A program made the translations under genes and the position numbers. From contig LBSX01000001.1 of assembly GCA_000990355.1 (NCBI GenBank), forward strand, positions 3,392-67,391: a stretch of 64,000 nucleotides of DNA. The letters are read 5' to 3'. Under the pieces are notes generated by a model that was not told the DNA's origin, made no database searches, and was given only the letters and a program-made list of their open reading frames with translations. Positions within the stretch are counted from its first letter, which is position 1. Every line of letters begins with the position of its first letter. This document shows positions 1 to 9,763 of this stretch, piece after piece. Origin of the DNA: Candidatus Magasanikbacteria bacterium GW2011_GWC2_37_14 (GTDB lineage: Bacteria; Patescibacteriota; Patescibacteriia; Magasanikbacterales; UBA922).

Positions 1-298
1 CATTTACTGCGTGACGAATTACTTTTGCTGGATCGCTTTCAAAAACCTTCTTCATTGGTGTGCGTTTTATACCACCAGCATGCATGGTATGATGATAATA
101 ATCTTTTTGTACCAATTTGCGACCAGTAAATTTTAATTTACTAGCATTTATTACCGTTACCGAAGCTCCAGCATCTATGTGAGGCACAAAACCTGGTTTG
201 ATTTTGCCACGCAAAGCCATAGCAATGGCAGTAGCCACTCGGCCACAAGCTTTGTCTGTAGCGTCAATTTCAATTTTTTGTCTTTTAATTTGATTCAT
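1..298 (-). CDS. rplM: 50S ribosomal protein L13 (3' end runs off window)
   Basis: Manually translated: MNQIKRQKIEIDATDKACGRVATAIAMALRGKIKPGFVPHIDAGASVTVINASKLKFTGRK...; directly follows rplQ. Confidence 0.95.
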   Translation of the reverse strand, partial: MNQIKRQKIEIDATDKACGRVATAIAMALRGKIKPGFVPHIDAGASVTVINASKLKFTGRKLVQKDYYHHTMHAGGIKRTPMKKVFESDPAKVIRHAVN

Positions 299-300
299 AT

Positions 301-651
301 TTATACAAATTCAATCCGGGCTACCTCGGCCGCATCATTTGGTCTGCGAGCCATTTTAATAATTCTGGTATAACCACCCCGGCGGTCTTTATAATTAGGT
401 GCAACTTCGTTGAATAAACGGTTTACAGCTTTTTCAGTATATAAAAATTTTAAAACGTTTCTGCGAGCTGCTAAATCATTTTTGATAGCTTTGGTAACCA
501 AAGGTTCTACCACAGTGCGCAAAGCCTTGGCTTTGGCCAAAGTAGTTTTGATTGATCCATGCAAAATAAGACTCTCTGCTAATGAACGCATTAAAGCCTT
601 ACGTACTTGACTAACTCTTCCTAAGGTAATTTTTTTCTTTTTATGCCGCAT
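301..651 (-). CDS. rplQ: 50S ribosomal protein L17
   Basis: MRHKKK..LGR..RKALMRSLA..IKTTLAKAK..RGGYTRIIK; alpha operon position. Confidence 0.98.
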   Translation of the reverse strand: MRHKKKKITLGRVSQVRKALMRSLAESLILHGSIKTTLAKAKALRTVVEPLVTKAIKNDLAARRNVLKFLYTEKAVNRLFNEVAPNYKDRRGGYTRIIKMARRPNDAAEVARIEFV

Positions 652-669
652 ATTTAATATTTATTTCTC

Positions 670-1524
670 TTACTTAGTGGCTTTTTTACTAACAGCTTTT
701 TTTTCTTTAACTTTCTTTTCTGCTTTTTTTTCTTTAACTTTCTTTTCAACTTTTTTTTCTTCATTGTCTACTTCTGTTTCTGTTTTTTCTTCGGTAACTT
801 CTACTAATTCTTCTTTTTTATTTTCTATACCAGTTTCAGCTACATCTAAGAGTAAAGCAAAATGATCCATTAAAATTCTAGTAGCTTGAGAAACAGCTTC
901 GTGAGGAGTAATTGTACCATTGGTTTCAATATTTAATGTTAATTTTTCGTAATCAGTCACATCTCCCACGCGAGTTAATTCTACGTTGTAACCAATATCG
1001 CGAATAGGGCTATACAAAGAATCAATTAATACTGTGCCCAAATCTAAACTTTTGGAACTTTTTTCTTCTACTGGTTTGTAACCACGGCCACTACCAACAA
1101 TAATTTCCAGGTCAATTTTTGCACTATCGGCAGTAACAGTAAACAATTTTAAATCTGGATTAACAATTTCTACATCGGAATTTTTGCCAAAATCTGCGGC
1201 AGTAACCACACCTTTGCCTTTTTTGTGCAAAGATAAAGTAACTGGTTCGGTAGAAAAAGAACGTACTGCCAATTGCTTTAAATTAAGAATCAAAGCGATC
1301 ATGTCTTCTTGAACACCCTCAATAGCAGAAAATTCATGGACTACGCCACTTACTTTTACAGCTTCCACAGCTGCCCCTGGCAAAGAAGACAACAAAACCC
1401 GACGCAAAGCATTGCCTAAGGTTGTGCCATATCCTTGATGACAAGGGGTAATAACAACTTTTCCAACGTTGACGTTGTCCCCTTCCACAAATTCCACGGT
1501 TGTTGGTAAAAGTATATCCTCCAT
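670..1524 (-). CDS. rpoA: RNA polymerase alpha subunit, apparently lacking alphaCTD
   Basis: GYGTTLGNALRRVLLSSLPG, HEFSAIEGV motifs; ends in an E/K-rich tail. Confidence 0.97.
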   Translation of the reverse strand: MEDILLPTTVEFVEGDNVNVGKVVITPCHQGYGTTLGNALRRVLLSSLPGAAVEAVKVSGVVHEFSAIEGVQEDMIALILNLKQLAVRSFSTEPVTLSLHKKGKGVVTAADFGKNSDVEIVNPDLKLFTVTADSAKIDLEIIVGSGRGYKPVEEKSSKSLDLGTVLIDSLYSPIRDIGYNVELTRVGDVTDYEKLTLNIETNGTITPHEAVSQATRILMDHFALLLDVAETGIENKKEELVEVTEEKTETEVDNEEKKVEKKVKEKKAEKKVKEKKAVSKKATK

Positions 1525-1572
1525 ATAGAAAAGATAAATATTTAAATTAATTGCCTAAAAAGGCAAAAAAAA

Positions 1573-2196
1573 TTAACGAGTAGAATAATATTCAGTAATT
1601 AATTTAACATCAAAAACTTTTTCAAAATCAGTTTCGGCAGGTAAATTCAAAATTTTTCCTTGTTTTTTGGCAGCATCCAAAACTAACCAACTAGCCAATT
1701 CAACCTTACTCAAACGATCTTCCACGCCCTCAAAGATTTTCTTCTTAGTTTTGGTTTCGGCCAAAGTAACTTCGTCGCCGATTTTTAATAAGTGTGAAGG
1801 AATGTTGATTTTTTTGCCATTTACTTTAAACATGCCGTGATTTACAAATTGACGTGCCTGAGAACGAGTAACAGCAAAACCCAAACGATAAATAACATTG
1901 TCTAAGCGTAATTCTAATAATCGTTGTAAATTTAAACCAGAGTCACCCTTCATGGTTCTAGACAAGTCCACATAACGACGAAATTGTCTTTCACGTAAAC
2001 CATAAATAAGTTTGGCTTTTTGTTTTTCTAATAATTGTTTGCCATAACTAGAATTGGCACCTGGTCTTTTTTTAGGTCCATGTACACCTGGCATTTGGCT
2101 TAAACGACGAGCAACTTTGGTAGAATTGGTTTTTAAACCCAAATTCACCCCAAAACGGCGAGCAATTTTATTTTTTGGTCCAATATATTTAGGCAT
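1573..2196 (-). CDS. rpsD: 30S ribosomal protein S4
   Basis: YGKQLLEKQK, LELRLDNVIYRLGF, ARQFVNHG. Confidence 0.98.
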   Translation of the reverse strand: MPKYIGPKNKIARRFGVNLGLKTNSTKVARRLSQMPGVHGPKKRPGANSSYGKQLLEKQKAKLIYGLRERQFRRYVDLSRTMKGDSGLNLQRLLELRLDNVIYRLGFAVTRSQARQFVNHGMFKVNGKKINIPSHLLKIGDEVTLAETKTKKKIFEGVEDRLSKVELASWLVLDAAKKQGKILNLPAETDFEKVFDVKLITEYYSTR

Positions 2197-2199
2197 AGA

Positions 2200-2589
2200 T
2201 TATACACGACGTCTTTTTGGAGGACGGCAACCATTATGAGGAATAGGGGTAACGTCCTTTACGGACAAAACTTGAATTCCATTATTATTTAAAGCGCGAA
2301 TAGCTCCTTCGCGACCACCACCAATACCTTTTACAAAAACATGAACTTCTTTTATACCAGTAGGTGCAGTAGCATCGATAACCTTTTTTACTACCTGAGA
2401 AGCAGCATAAGGAGTAGCTTTTTTTGGTCCTTTAAAACCAACCATACCAGAAGAAGCCCAACCTAGTACATCGCCATTGGAATCAGTAATACTAACAATA
2501 GTATTGTTGAAAGTAGCCTGAATATAGGCTCGACCATGGCTTACTTGTTTTACAATCTTTTTCTTTTTTGAAACGGCAGCTTTTGCCAT
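2200..2589 (-). CDS. rpsK: 30S ribosomal protein S11
   Basis: [26 protein letters not shown]. Confidence 0.99.
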   Translation of the reverse strand: MAKAAVSKKKKIVKQVSHGRAYIQATFNNTIVSITDSNGDVLGWASSGMVGFKGPKKATPYAASQVVKKVIDATAPTGIKEVHVFVKGIGGGREGAIRALNNNGIQVLSVKDVTPIPHNGCRPPKRRRV

Positions 2590-2616
2590 AAATCTACCAA
2601 CTTATAAAAAAATTAA

Positions 2617-3003
2617 TTAAGTTTTTTGAGCTGATGGTTTTTTACCAGAAGTGGCAAGATTACGTTTGTTGCCACGCACAGTACGACTGTTTGTTTTACT
2701 TCTTTGGCCACGCACTGGCAAATGTTTGGTGTGGCGTGAACCACGATAACTCTTGATATCTTTTAAACGTTTGATACTACTGGCAACTTCACGACGCAAG
2801 TCACCTTCGGTTTTGTATTGTTTTTCGACAATAGTTCGAATTTTGTCTTGTTCGGCATCGGTAAGATCTTTTACTCGAACAGTGTCTTTAATCTGGGCAG
2901 CAGACAAAATTTTCTTGGCAGAATTATCACCAATGCCATAAATATAAGTAAGAGCGATTAAAACTCTTTTTTCTTTTGGAATAGATACACCGGCTAAACG
3001 CAT
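2617..3003 (-). CDS. rpsM: 30S ribosomal protein S13
   Basis: [23 protein letters not shown]. Confidence 0.99.
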   Translation of the reverse strand: MRLAGVSIPKEKRVLIALTYIYGIGDNSAKKILSAAQIKDTVRVKDLTDAEQDKIRTIVEKQYKTEGDLRREVASSIKRLKDIKSYRGSRHTKHLPVRGQRSKTNSRTVRGNKRNLATSGKKPSAQKT

Positions 3004-3014
3004 AAATATTATTA

Positions 3015-3152
3015 TTAAGCTGATTTTTTTCTCATTTTAGAACCCTGACGTTGTTTGTGACGAGGATTTTCGCAAATAACATAAATAGTGCCACTTCTAC
3101 GCACGGTTTTACACTTTGCACATCTTGGTTTTACAGAACCACTAACTTTCAT
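3015..3152 (-). CDS. rpmJ: 50S ribosomal protein L36 (Zn-ribbon type, 8-aa basic C-terminal extension)
   Basis: [37 protein letters not shown]+SKMRKKSA; likely start is the ATG at 3152. Confidence 0.95.
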   Translation of the reverse strand: MKVSGSVKPRCAKCKTVRRSGTIYVICENPRHKQRQGSKMRKKSA

Positions 3153-3185
3153 ATTTCGTATTATTTTAATTATAGAACTAAAAAA

Positions 3186-3273
3186 TACCAACCACTGCCG
3201 CAATTTAAGCGCTCGCCTCAATGACATAACAGCCTTTTCAAGAGGACTTGAGCTACACTGCACTGGTTGATAC
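3186..3273 (-). promoter_or_regulatory. Candidate structured leader RNA upstream of rpmJ-rpsM
   Basis: Ends TATCAACCAGTGC / GCAGTGGTTGGTA pair (U-G wobble on minus strand); inner GCTC/GAGC and CCTC/GAGG pairs. Confidence 0.4.
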
Positions 3274-3289
3274 TCCTTTATTTATAATT

Positions 3290-3505
3290 TTAGAAACGAT
3301 AATTGATTCGACCCTTGGTAAGGTCATAAGGTGTTAATTCCACCCGGACCTCATCTCCTACTCCCAAGCGAATGTGATTCATTCGCATTTTTCCCGAGAG
3401 ATGAGCAATTAGCTCATGGCCGTTTTCCAATTTAACGCGGAAAGTGCCGGCAGGTAATAATTCTTCAATTCTACCCCGCATTTCCACTACATCAATTTTT
3501 GACAT
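3290..3505 (-). CDS. infA: Translation initiation factor IF-1
   Basis: [32 protein letters not shown]. Confidence 0.98.
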   Translation of the reverse strand: MSKIDVVEMRGRIEELLPAGTFRVKLENGHELIAHLSGKMRMNHIRLGVGDEVRVELTPYDLTKGRINYRF

Positions 3506-3570
3506 GAAATTTTTATATCTGGCACTATTTTACACTAATAAATTAGGCTTGTCAAGAAGCCAATAGCACC

Positions 3571-5475
3571 TTAACTGTGAATAAGTATTGCTTTAATTCT
3601 ACGCACCCCAGCGCTGCATGCTTCTTCTTTGGTAATTTTAAAATGCCCCATCACACCAGTATTTTGTACATGGGGCCCACCACAAAATTCAATACTAAAA
3701 TCAGCAATTTTGTAAACTTTAACTACTTCACCATACTTACTTAAATCAAACGAACGCACAGTAACCAAATCTTTGGCTTGATCTTTTGGCAGTTCTTGCA
3801 TTTGCACGGTAATATTTTCCGCAATTTTTTGATTAACCAAATCTTCTACTACTTTAATTTGTTCAGCAGTTAATTTATCTGGCCAATTAAAATCAAAACG
3901 TAAACGCTCAGCAGTAATATTACTGCCCTTTTGTACAATATCAGCCCCCAACACTTGTCGTAAAGAAGCAAGCAAAAGATGTGTAGCGGTATGATATTTA
4001 GTAGATTGTTCCGAAGTGTCAGCTAGTCCCCCTTTGAATTTTTGTTCAGCACCAGCGCGTGAAAGTTGTTGGTGCTTAGTCATTTCTTCATTAAAAGAAT
4101 TTATATCAACCGTTAATTTATTTTCTGTTGCCAATTCAATGGTCATTTCCAAAGGGAAACCATATGATTGAAATAAATCAAAAGCTTCTTTACCAGAAAT
4201 AGTTTTACCAGCTTCACTACCTAACAAAATATATTGACTAAACATTTTAATCCCCTTTTCCAAAGTCTCTCTAAATTTTGTTTCTTCTTTTTCTAATTCA
4301 TTTAAAATAAAATCTTTTTTCTGTAACAATTCTGGATAAGCCTGGCTGTATTCATCAATATAAATTTTGGCAACCTCTACACAAAAATTATTATTAATTC
4401 CCAAATCTCGAGCATAACGCACCGAACGACGAATCAACCGCCGAGTAAAATAACCCTGGTCTCTGTTTGAGGGTACGGCTTGGTCACTAATCAAAAATGT
4501 TGCCGCCCGTAAATGATCCAAAATTACCCGAAAAGCATAAATAATTTTTTCGTTTTCATTATAACTATGTCCGGATAATTTTTCTAATAATTTAATTACA
4601 CTTGCAAACAAATCAATTTTAAACATGTCGGGATTATTATTCAAAGCTGCGGCCATTCTTTCTAATCCTCCACCAAAGTCAATATTTTTTTGTTTTAATT
4701 CTTCAAAACCCATGCGAGTTTTTTTGTATTGCATAAAAACATTGTTGCCAATTTCCATAAAACGGCCACAATCGCAATTTACATGACAAGGTTCACTACT
4801 CCATTTGGAATTTTCATGTAATTTTAATTCTGACCCAAAATCCCAAAACATTTCACTATCTGGTCCACCCGGTTCTCCGAGTGGCATATTTTCTGGCACC
4901 CCAGCCCTGCTCCACCAATTTTTCTTAGCATCATAATAAAAAATTCTACCATCCTGCATACCATCTCGTTCGGAATTTTCTACAATCTTGGCCTCAAGGC
5001 CAACAGTTTTAAATTTTGCTTTCCACAATTCTGCTGCTTTTTCGTCTCGTGAAATAGCAAAACTGTCTGCCCCACTAAAACAAGTAACATATAATTTATT
5101 TGGGTCTAGACCAATTTCTTTAATTAAAAATTCAAACATCCACTCAATCTGTTCTTTTTTAAAATAATCTCCCAAAGACCAATTACCAAGCATTTCAAAA
5201 AAAGTTGTATGACGATTATCACCCACATCATCAATGTCCTGACTACGAAATGATTTTTGTGAATCACAAATTCTTGTTCCCAAAGGATGACGCTCACCAA
5301 GTAAATATGGCACCATTGGTTGCATACCCGAACCAGTAAACAAGGTTGTAGGATCATTTTCGGGAATTAATGATGCCGAAGGAATAATTGTATGACCTTT
5401 GCCACCAAAAAAAGATCCACCTTTTGCGGAAAAAAATTCCAAATATTTTGTACGTAGTTCATGTGAAGTGATCAT
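3571..5475 (-). CDS. alaS: Alanyl-tRNA synthetase, short form without C-Ala domain
   Basis: HTTFFEMLGNWS, IDFGGGLER, editing motifs HTATH and CGGPH, GVRRIKA. Confidence 0.96.
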   Translation of the reverse strand: MITSHELRTKYLEFFSAKGGSFFGGKGHTIIPSASLIPENDPTTLFTGSGMQPMVPYLLGERHPLGTRICDSQKSFRSQDIDDVGDNRHTTFFEMLGNWSLGDYFKKEQIEWMFEFLIKEIGLDPNKLYVTCFSGADSFAISRDEKAAELWKAKFKTVGLEAKIVENSERDGMQDGRIFYYDAKKNWWSRAGVPENMPLGEPGGPDSEMFWDFGSELKLHENSKWSSEPCHVNCDCGRFMEIGNNVFMQYKKTRMGFEELKQKNIDFGGGLERMAAALNNNPDMFKIDLFASVIKLLEKLSGHSYNENEKIIYAFRVILDHLRAATFLISDQAVPSNRDQGYFTRRLIRRSVRYARDLGINNNFCVEVAKIYIDEYSQAYPELLQKKDFILNELEKEETKFRETLEKGIKMFSQYILLGSEAGKTISGKEAFDLFQSYGFPLEMTIELATENKLTVDINSFNEEMTKHQQLSRAGAEQKFKGGLADTSEQSTKYHTATHLLLASLRQVLGADIVQKGSNITAERLRFDFNWPDKLTAEQIKVVEDLVNQKIAENITVQMQELPKDQAKDLVTVRSFDLSKYGEVVKVYKIADFSIEFCGGPHVQNTGVMGHFKITKEEACSAGVRRIKAILIHS

Positions 5476-7016
5476 AGACCAATACTATTTATACTATTTA
5501 AAGCACGTTGTGCGCCTAAATTAAAATGAGACAAAGAAATCATTTGTGAATATAGACGATTGCGCTTGTGATTTAATTCAGCACTATACCAAGGGGCTAG
5601 AGTATGGATATTACTTTTGTCAATTATCCCAGGGTCAACTACCTCTTTCCGATTAACTTCTAACGGTTCTACTTTTTTTAAACCAATATATTGATTAAGT
5701 CTTACTATTTCAGGAATAGAATCGGCTGATAAACTAAACATTAGATAGCGCAAATCCATTTTTTTATTTTCTGTTAAAAAACGATCAATATTTTTCTTGG
5801 CAATTATTGCATCAACATTTAACGAAGCCACCAATGTAAAGACTACTAGACTGAGAATTAAACCACCATAAAAAAACTTTCTAAATGAATAATTAGTAAT
5901 AATCGCTAGTCCTAAAGTAAAATATACTACTCCAGCAAAATAAATAAACCATTCCACGTATAATCTTAAAGTGGTATAGCCATATTCCGCTTGATACAAA
6001 TTCATGCGTTTTAAGGCCGAAAGGGCAATGACAAAAATTTGTAAAATTAACAATAGTTTTAAGGCACTAACAAAATTGTTTTTTCCGTGATGAGCTGAGG
6101 AATGATAAAAAACCAAGAGCAAAATGGCCGAAAAAATCATTACCCAAACCAATTGAAAAAATCCACTGCGAGCATATTCGGCAAAAGTTAGACCATTACT
6201 GATTACAAAATCATGTGCGCCAAACAAATATTTAATTTGAATAAATACAAATATTGCAAACAAGATATTTACTGATAACAAAACTACCGAGGCAATCGTA
6301 AAAGAAATTTTTTGTCTAATTTTTATACCATCTTTGAGTGCATTTTCGTGACTGATCAAAGTATAGAAAAAAGCACTAGCTAAAAAAGTTAAAATTATGG
6401 TTCTAATTATTTGCGCTACAAGGTGAAAATCCAGATCAATATTTATCCGAAAGATTCTTTCTAAACCACTGCTAAATACTTTGTCCGCACCAGCAAACAA
6501 CAAAGTGAACAGTAAAAGTACTGGGGCCGCTACAATTAAACCCACAGCCACTTGTTTATAAATTTCACTATGTTTATCTTCTTTTTTCCAACTAAATAAA
6601 TCACCAAACACTAATCCCAAATTTTTTATTCCCACAAAAACATTTTTTACAACTGGAATATTTTTAAAATAAAAAACAAATTTACTTTCGTTGCGCACGG
6701 TTAAAACAATTGCAAAAAATATTACCAAAACAAAAATAACCAAGGGTAAAAAATATACTACCAAAGCATTATTATAAAGCATTAAATCAAATGCCAAAAT
6801 ATAAATAGGTACCAAAAGCCATAAAGCCCAACGATTATTTAAATGATTAGTATATTTGGTTAAAGACGCAAAACCTAAACCTAAAAAAACAATCATTAAA
6901 AACACTCCCATTCCCCAACTTTCTGACTGCACGACTAATTGTTCGAATAAAATCGCCGCTAGTAATGCCAAAGCAACGTAGGCAAGACGAATAAAACGTG
7001 GGTTTTTAATAGCCAT
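5472..7016 (-). CDS. DUF4153/DUF4173-like polytopic membrane protein
   Basis: Many TM segments; YLFG..TFAEYARSGFFQL, RMNLYQAEYGYTTLR, LSADSIP motifs. Confidence 0.75.
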   Translation of the reverse strand: MAIKNPRFIRLAYVALALLAAILFEQLVVQSESWGMGVFLMIVFLGLGFASLTKYTNHLNNRWALWLLVPIYILAFDLMLYNNALVVYFLPLVIFVLVIFFAIVLTVRNESKFVFYFKNIPVVKNVFVGIKNLGLVFGDLFSWKKEDKHSEIYKQVAVGLIVAAPVLLLFTLLFAGADKVFSSGLERIFRINIDLDFHLVAQIIRTIILTFLASAFFYTLISHENALKDGIKIRQKISFTIASVVLLSVNILFAIFVFIQIKYLFGAHDFVISNGLTFAEYARSGFFQLVWVMIFSAILLLVFYHSSAHHGKNNFVSALKLLLILQIFVIALSALKRMNLYQAEYGYTTLRLYVEWFIYFAGVVYFTLGLAIITNYSFRKFFYGGLILSLVVFTLVASLNVDAIIAKKNIDRFLTENKKMDLRYLMFSLSADSIPEIVRLNQYIGLKKVEPLEVNRKEVVDPGIIDKSNIHTLAPWYSAELNHKRNRLYSQMISLSHFNLGAQRALNSINSIGL

Positions 7017-7095
7017 AACATTAAAATAAAATATTTATTATTTAATTACTCCCCCGCCCCAGCCTTCGCTAAAGCTACGGCCGGCAAGCACACAT

Positions 7096-8424
7096 TTACT
7101 TTATCACCCCACCTCCCAAACACTCGTTGTTCTTATAAAAAACTGCGAATTGACCAGGAGTGACGGCGCGTTGGGGGTGGGTGAAATGAACCAATAACCC
7201 CCCTCGCCCCCCTTTATTAAGTGGGGAAACGACACAGTCTTGCAACTGTTGGCGATGACGGAGACGTACTTTACATTTTAATGGCCCGCCTTCGCTAATG
7301 CTTCGTCGGGTAAATTCATTAATCCAATTAACATTATAAATAATAATCTCTTTTTTGTACAATAAAGGGTCATTTTCAAAACCAACAATTAATATATTTT
7401 TCTTGATATTTTTATCAATTACAAAATATGGCTGGGTGTCTGTCCTTCTCTTTCCAAGAGAAGGTGGTCGAAGGCCGGAAGAGTTTGCCGGAGTCTTGGC
7501 GGGCCTCGGCAACTCCCCCTGAACCCCCTCCCTGCCTGCCGGCAAGGCAGGTTGGTAAGAGAGGGACACCCCGATGCGTTCACCAATAGTATAAAAAGGT
7601 AAGCCAGTATGTTCACCAACTGCTCCCACTCCCCCTACCCCCTCTCGGGCAGAGGGGGACAATAAAATTTTCCCTTGTTTAGCTTTTACTTTATTTTTTA
7701 AAAAATCACGCATTGGTACTTCGCCAATAAAACAAATTCCCATACTTTCTTCTTTTTCGGCCGTTGGCAATTTAAATTTCTTGGCTAATTTTCTTACTTC
7801 GGGTTTGGTATATCCACCTATTGGAAATAAAACTTGGCATAATTGTTCTTGATTAAGTTGATGAAGAAAATATGTTTGATCTTTGTTGTCGTCTTTGGCT
7901 TGTAATAAAGAAATATTAGCCTGCCCTGGCGCAGCAAAGCGAAGCCGGGCATAATGACCAGTCGCGATTTTCTCAAATCCCATTTTCTTAGCTTTCTCCA
8001 ACCAAAAACCAAACTTTACAAATTTATTACATAAAATATCGGGGTTCGGAGTGCGACCAGTAGAATATTCTTTATACATGTAATCCAAAACAAATTTTTT
8101 GTACTCTTTAACAAAATCCCAGCGTATCAAAGGAATCCCCAAATGTGCGGCTACTCGCAAGGCGTCTTGATAATCTGGCACCCAACAGGGCTCCGCTACG
8201 CTGCGCCCTGTAAACTCTCCACTGCGCCCTGTAAACTCAGAACTCGAACCTGCCAGGCGCAATTCGGAAAATGGAGCCTGGTAATTTACCGCAAACATAC
8301 CAGTAACATCATAACCTTGTTCAACCAAAAGAGCAGCAGCAACTGATGAATCAACACCGCCACTCATTGCTACAAGTATCCTTCGACTTTGCTCAGGATG
8401 AATTTTTTCTTTTTTTACAGTCAT
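7096..8424 (-). CDS. mnmA: tRNA-specific 2-thiouridylase MnmA with multiple in-frame repeat-derived inserts
   Basis: AMSGGVDSSVAA, TPNPDILCN, ATGHYA, KDQTYFL, ESMGICFIG, AVTPGQFAVFY. Confidence 0.97.
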   Translation of the reverse strand: MTVKKEKIHPEQSRRILVAMSGGVDSSVAAALLVEQGYDVTGMFAVNYQAPFSELRLAGSSSEFTGRSGEFTGRSVAEPCWVPDYQDALRVAAHLGIPLIRWDFVKEYKKFVLDYMYKEYSTGRTPNPDILCNKFVKFGFWLEKAKKMGFEKIATGHYARLRFAAPGQANISLLQAKDDNKDQTYFLHQLNQEQLCQVLFPIGGYTKPEVRKLAKKFKLPTAEKEESMGICFIGEVPMRDFLKNKVKAKQGKILLSPSAREGVGGVGAVGEHTGLPFYTIGERIGVSLSYQPALPAGREGVQGELPRPAKTPANSSGLRPPSLGKRRTDTQPYFVIDKNIKKNILIVGFENDPLLYKKEIIIYNVNWINEFTRRSISEGGPLKCKVRLRHRQQLQDCVVSPLNKGGRGGLLVHFTHPQRAVTPGQFAVFYKNNECLGGGVIK

Positions 8425-8426
8425 AA

Positions 8427-9698
8427 TTAATCCACGCGTTCAATATTGGCACCTAATAATTTTAAACGACTAACTAAATCTTCGTATCCACGTTCAATAA
8501 AATGAATATTGTTAATCTCAGTAGTATTGTCGGCAATCAAAGCGGCTAACACTAAAGATACACCCGCTCGAATATCGGTCGCTGTTACTTTGGCGCCACT
8601 AAATTTTATTTCACCTTTAATATTAGCTACTCGCTCGTCAACCACAATTTCGGCCCCCATACGATCTAATTCTGGTACTAACATAAAACGATTAGAAAAA
8701 ATTGTTTCATTTACTTCACTTGCTCCGGCAATTAAACTAAGAAGCACCATCATTTGCGGTTGCAAATCTGTGGGAAAACCAGGATGAACAGCTGTCTCTA
8801 TTTTTGTATTTTTTAATTCATTAATATTGCCTCTAACAGACAACAAATTTTCTTCTTGTGTAAATTTTACACCCATCTCTTCCAATTTAGCAATAAATCC
8901 AGGTAAATCTGACAAATTAACATTTTTTATTTTTACCTTCCCGCCAGTAATAAGAGACATAATAATATAAGTGCCAGCTTCTATTCTATCGGGCATAATT
9001 TCATATTCACAAGCCTGTAATTCTTTTACACCAATAATAATTATTTTATCACTACCTAAACCTTCAATTTTGGCCCCCATTTTAATTAAAAAATTTCCCA
9101 AGTCAACTATTTCTGGTTCTTTGGCTGCATTATTTATAATCGTCTGTCCACTAGCAAGGACTGCTGCCATCATAACATTTTCGGTAGCACCTACACTTGG
9201 AATTTTTAACTTAGTAACTTCTACATCTACTTCCGCACCAGTTAAGTTGTTACCATCCAAATTTACAAAACCATGCTCAGTGTTAACTTGCACGCCCATT
9301 TTTTCAAACGCTCGCAAATGTTGGTCTACAGCTCTAGCACCAAGCGCACAACCACCAGGCATAGCGACTTTGGCTCTTTTCTCTTTACCAATAAGAGGTC
9401 CGGTAATAGTAAAAGAAGCGCGCATTTCACTCACTAATTCATATGGCGCTTCTACCGAAGTAAGGCCATTATTAATTATTTTATAAGTATCATTATTTAA
9501 TTTTTCAACTTTTAAACCTAAATATTCCAAAAGTTTTACCATTGTAGAAACATCACTCAAATTTGGGACATTGTTTAAAATAAATTCACCCTTGGCTAAA
9601 ATTGTGGCACACATAATCGGCAATACCGCGTTTTTCGCTCCTTTTACACTAATTTCTCCAGCTAATTCTGCCCCGCCTTTAATTATAAATTTTGCCAT
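8427..9698 (-). CDS. murA: UDP-N-acetylglucosamine 1-carboxyvinyltransferase
   Basis: GAKNAVLP, MRAS, PGGCALGAR (catalytic Cys), SVGATEN, PGFPTDLQ. Confidence 0.97.
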   Translation of the reverse strand: MAKFIIKGGAELAGEISVKGAKNAVLPIMCATILAKGEFILNNVPNLSDVSTMVKLLEYLGLKVEKLNNDTYKIINNGLTSVEAPYELVSEMRASFTITGPLIGKEKRAKVAMPGGCALGARAVDQHLRAFEKMGVQVNTEHGFVNLDGNNLTGAEVDVEVTKLKIPSVGATENVMMAAVLASGQTIINNAAKEPEIVDLGNFLIKMGAKIEGLGSDKIIIIGVKELQACEYEIMPDRIEAGTYIIMSLITGGKVKIKNVNLSDLPGFIAKLEEMGVKFTQEENLLSVRGNINELKNTKIETAVHPGFPTDLQPQMMVLLSLIAGASEVNETIFSNRFMLVPELDRMGAEIVVDERVANIKGEIKFSGAKVTATDIRAGVSLVLAALIADNTTEINNIHFIERGYEDLVSRLKLLGANIERVD

Positions 9699-9763
9699 AA
9701 AAACTTGCTTTTATTAATAAAATACGCTATTATTCTATCGTAAAACTAGAGAAATAGCAAATT

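Noticed and set aside
3153-3263. N-terminal extension of L36 in the ORF track
   Set aside because: L36 homology starts at the ATG at 3152; the upstream part is better explained as a structured leader
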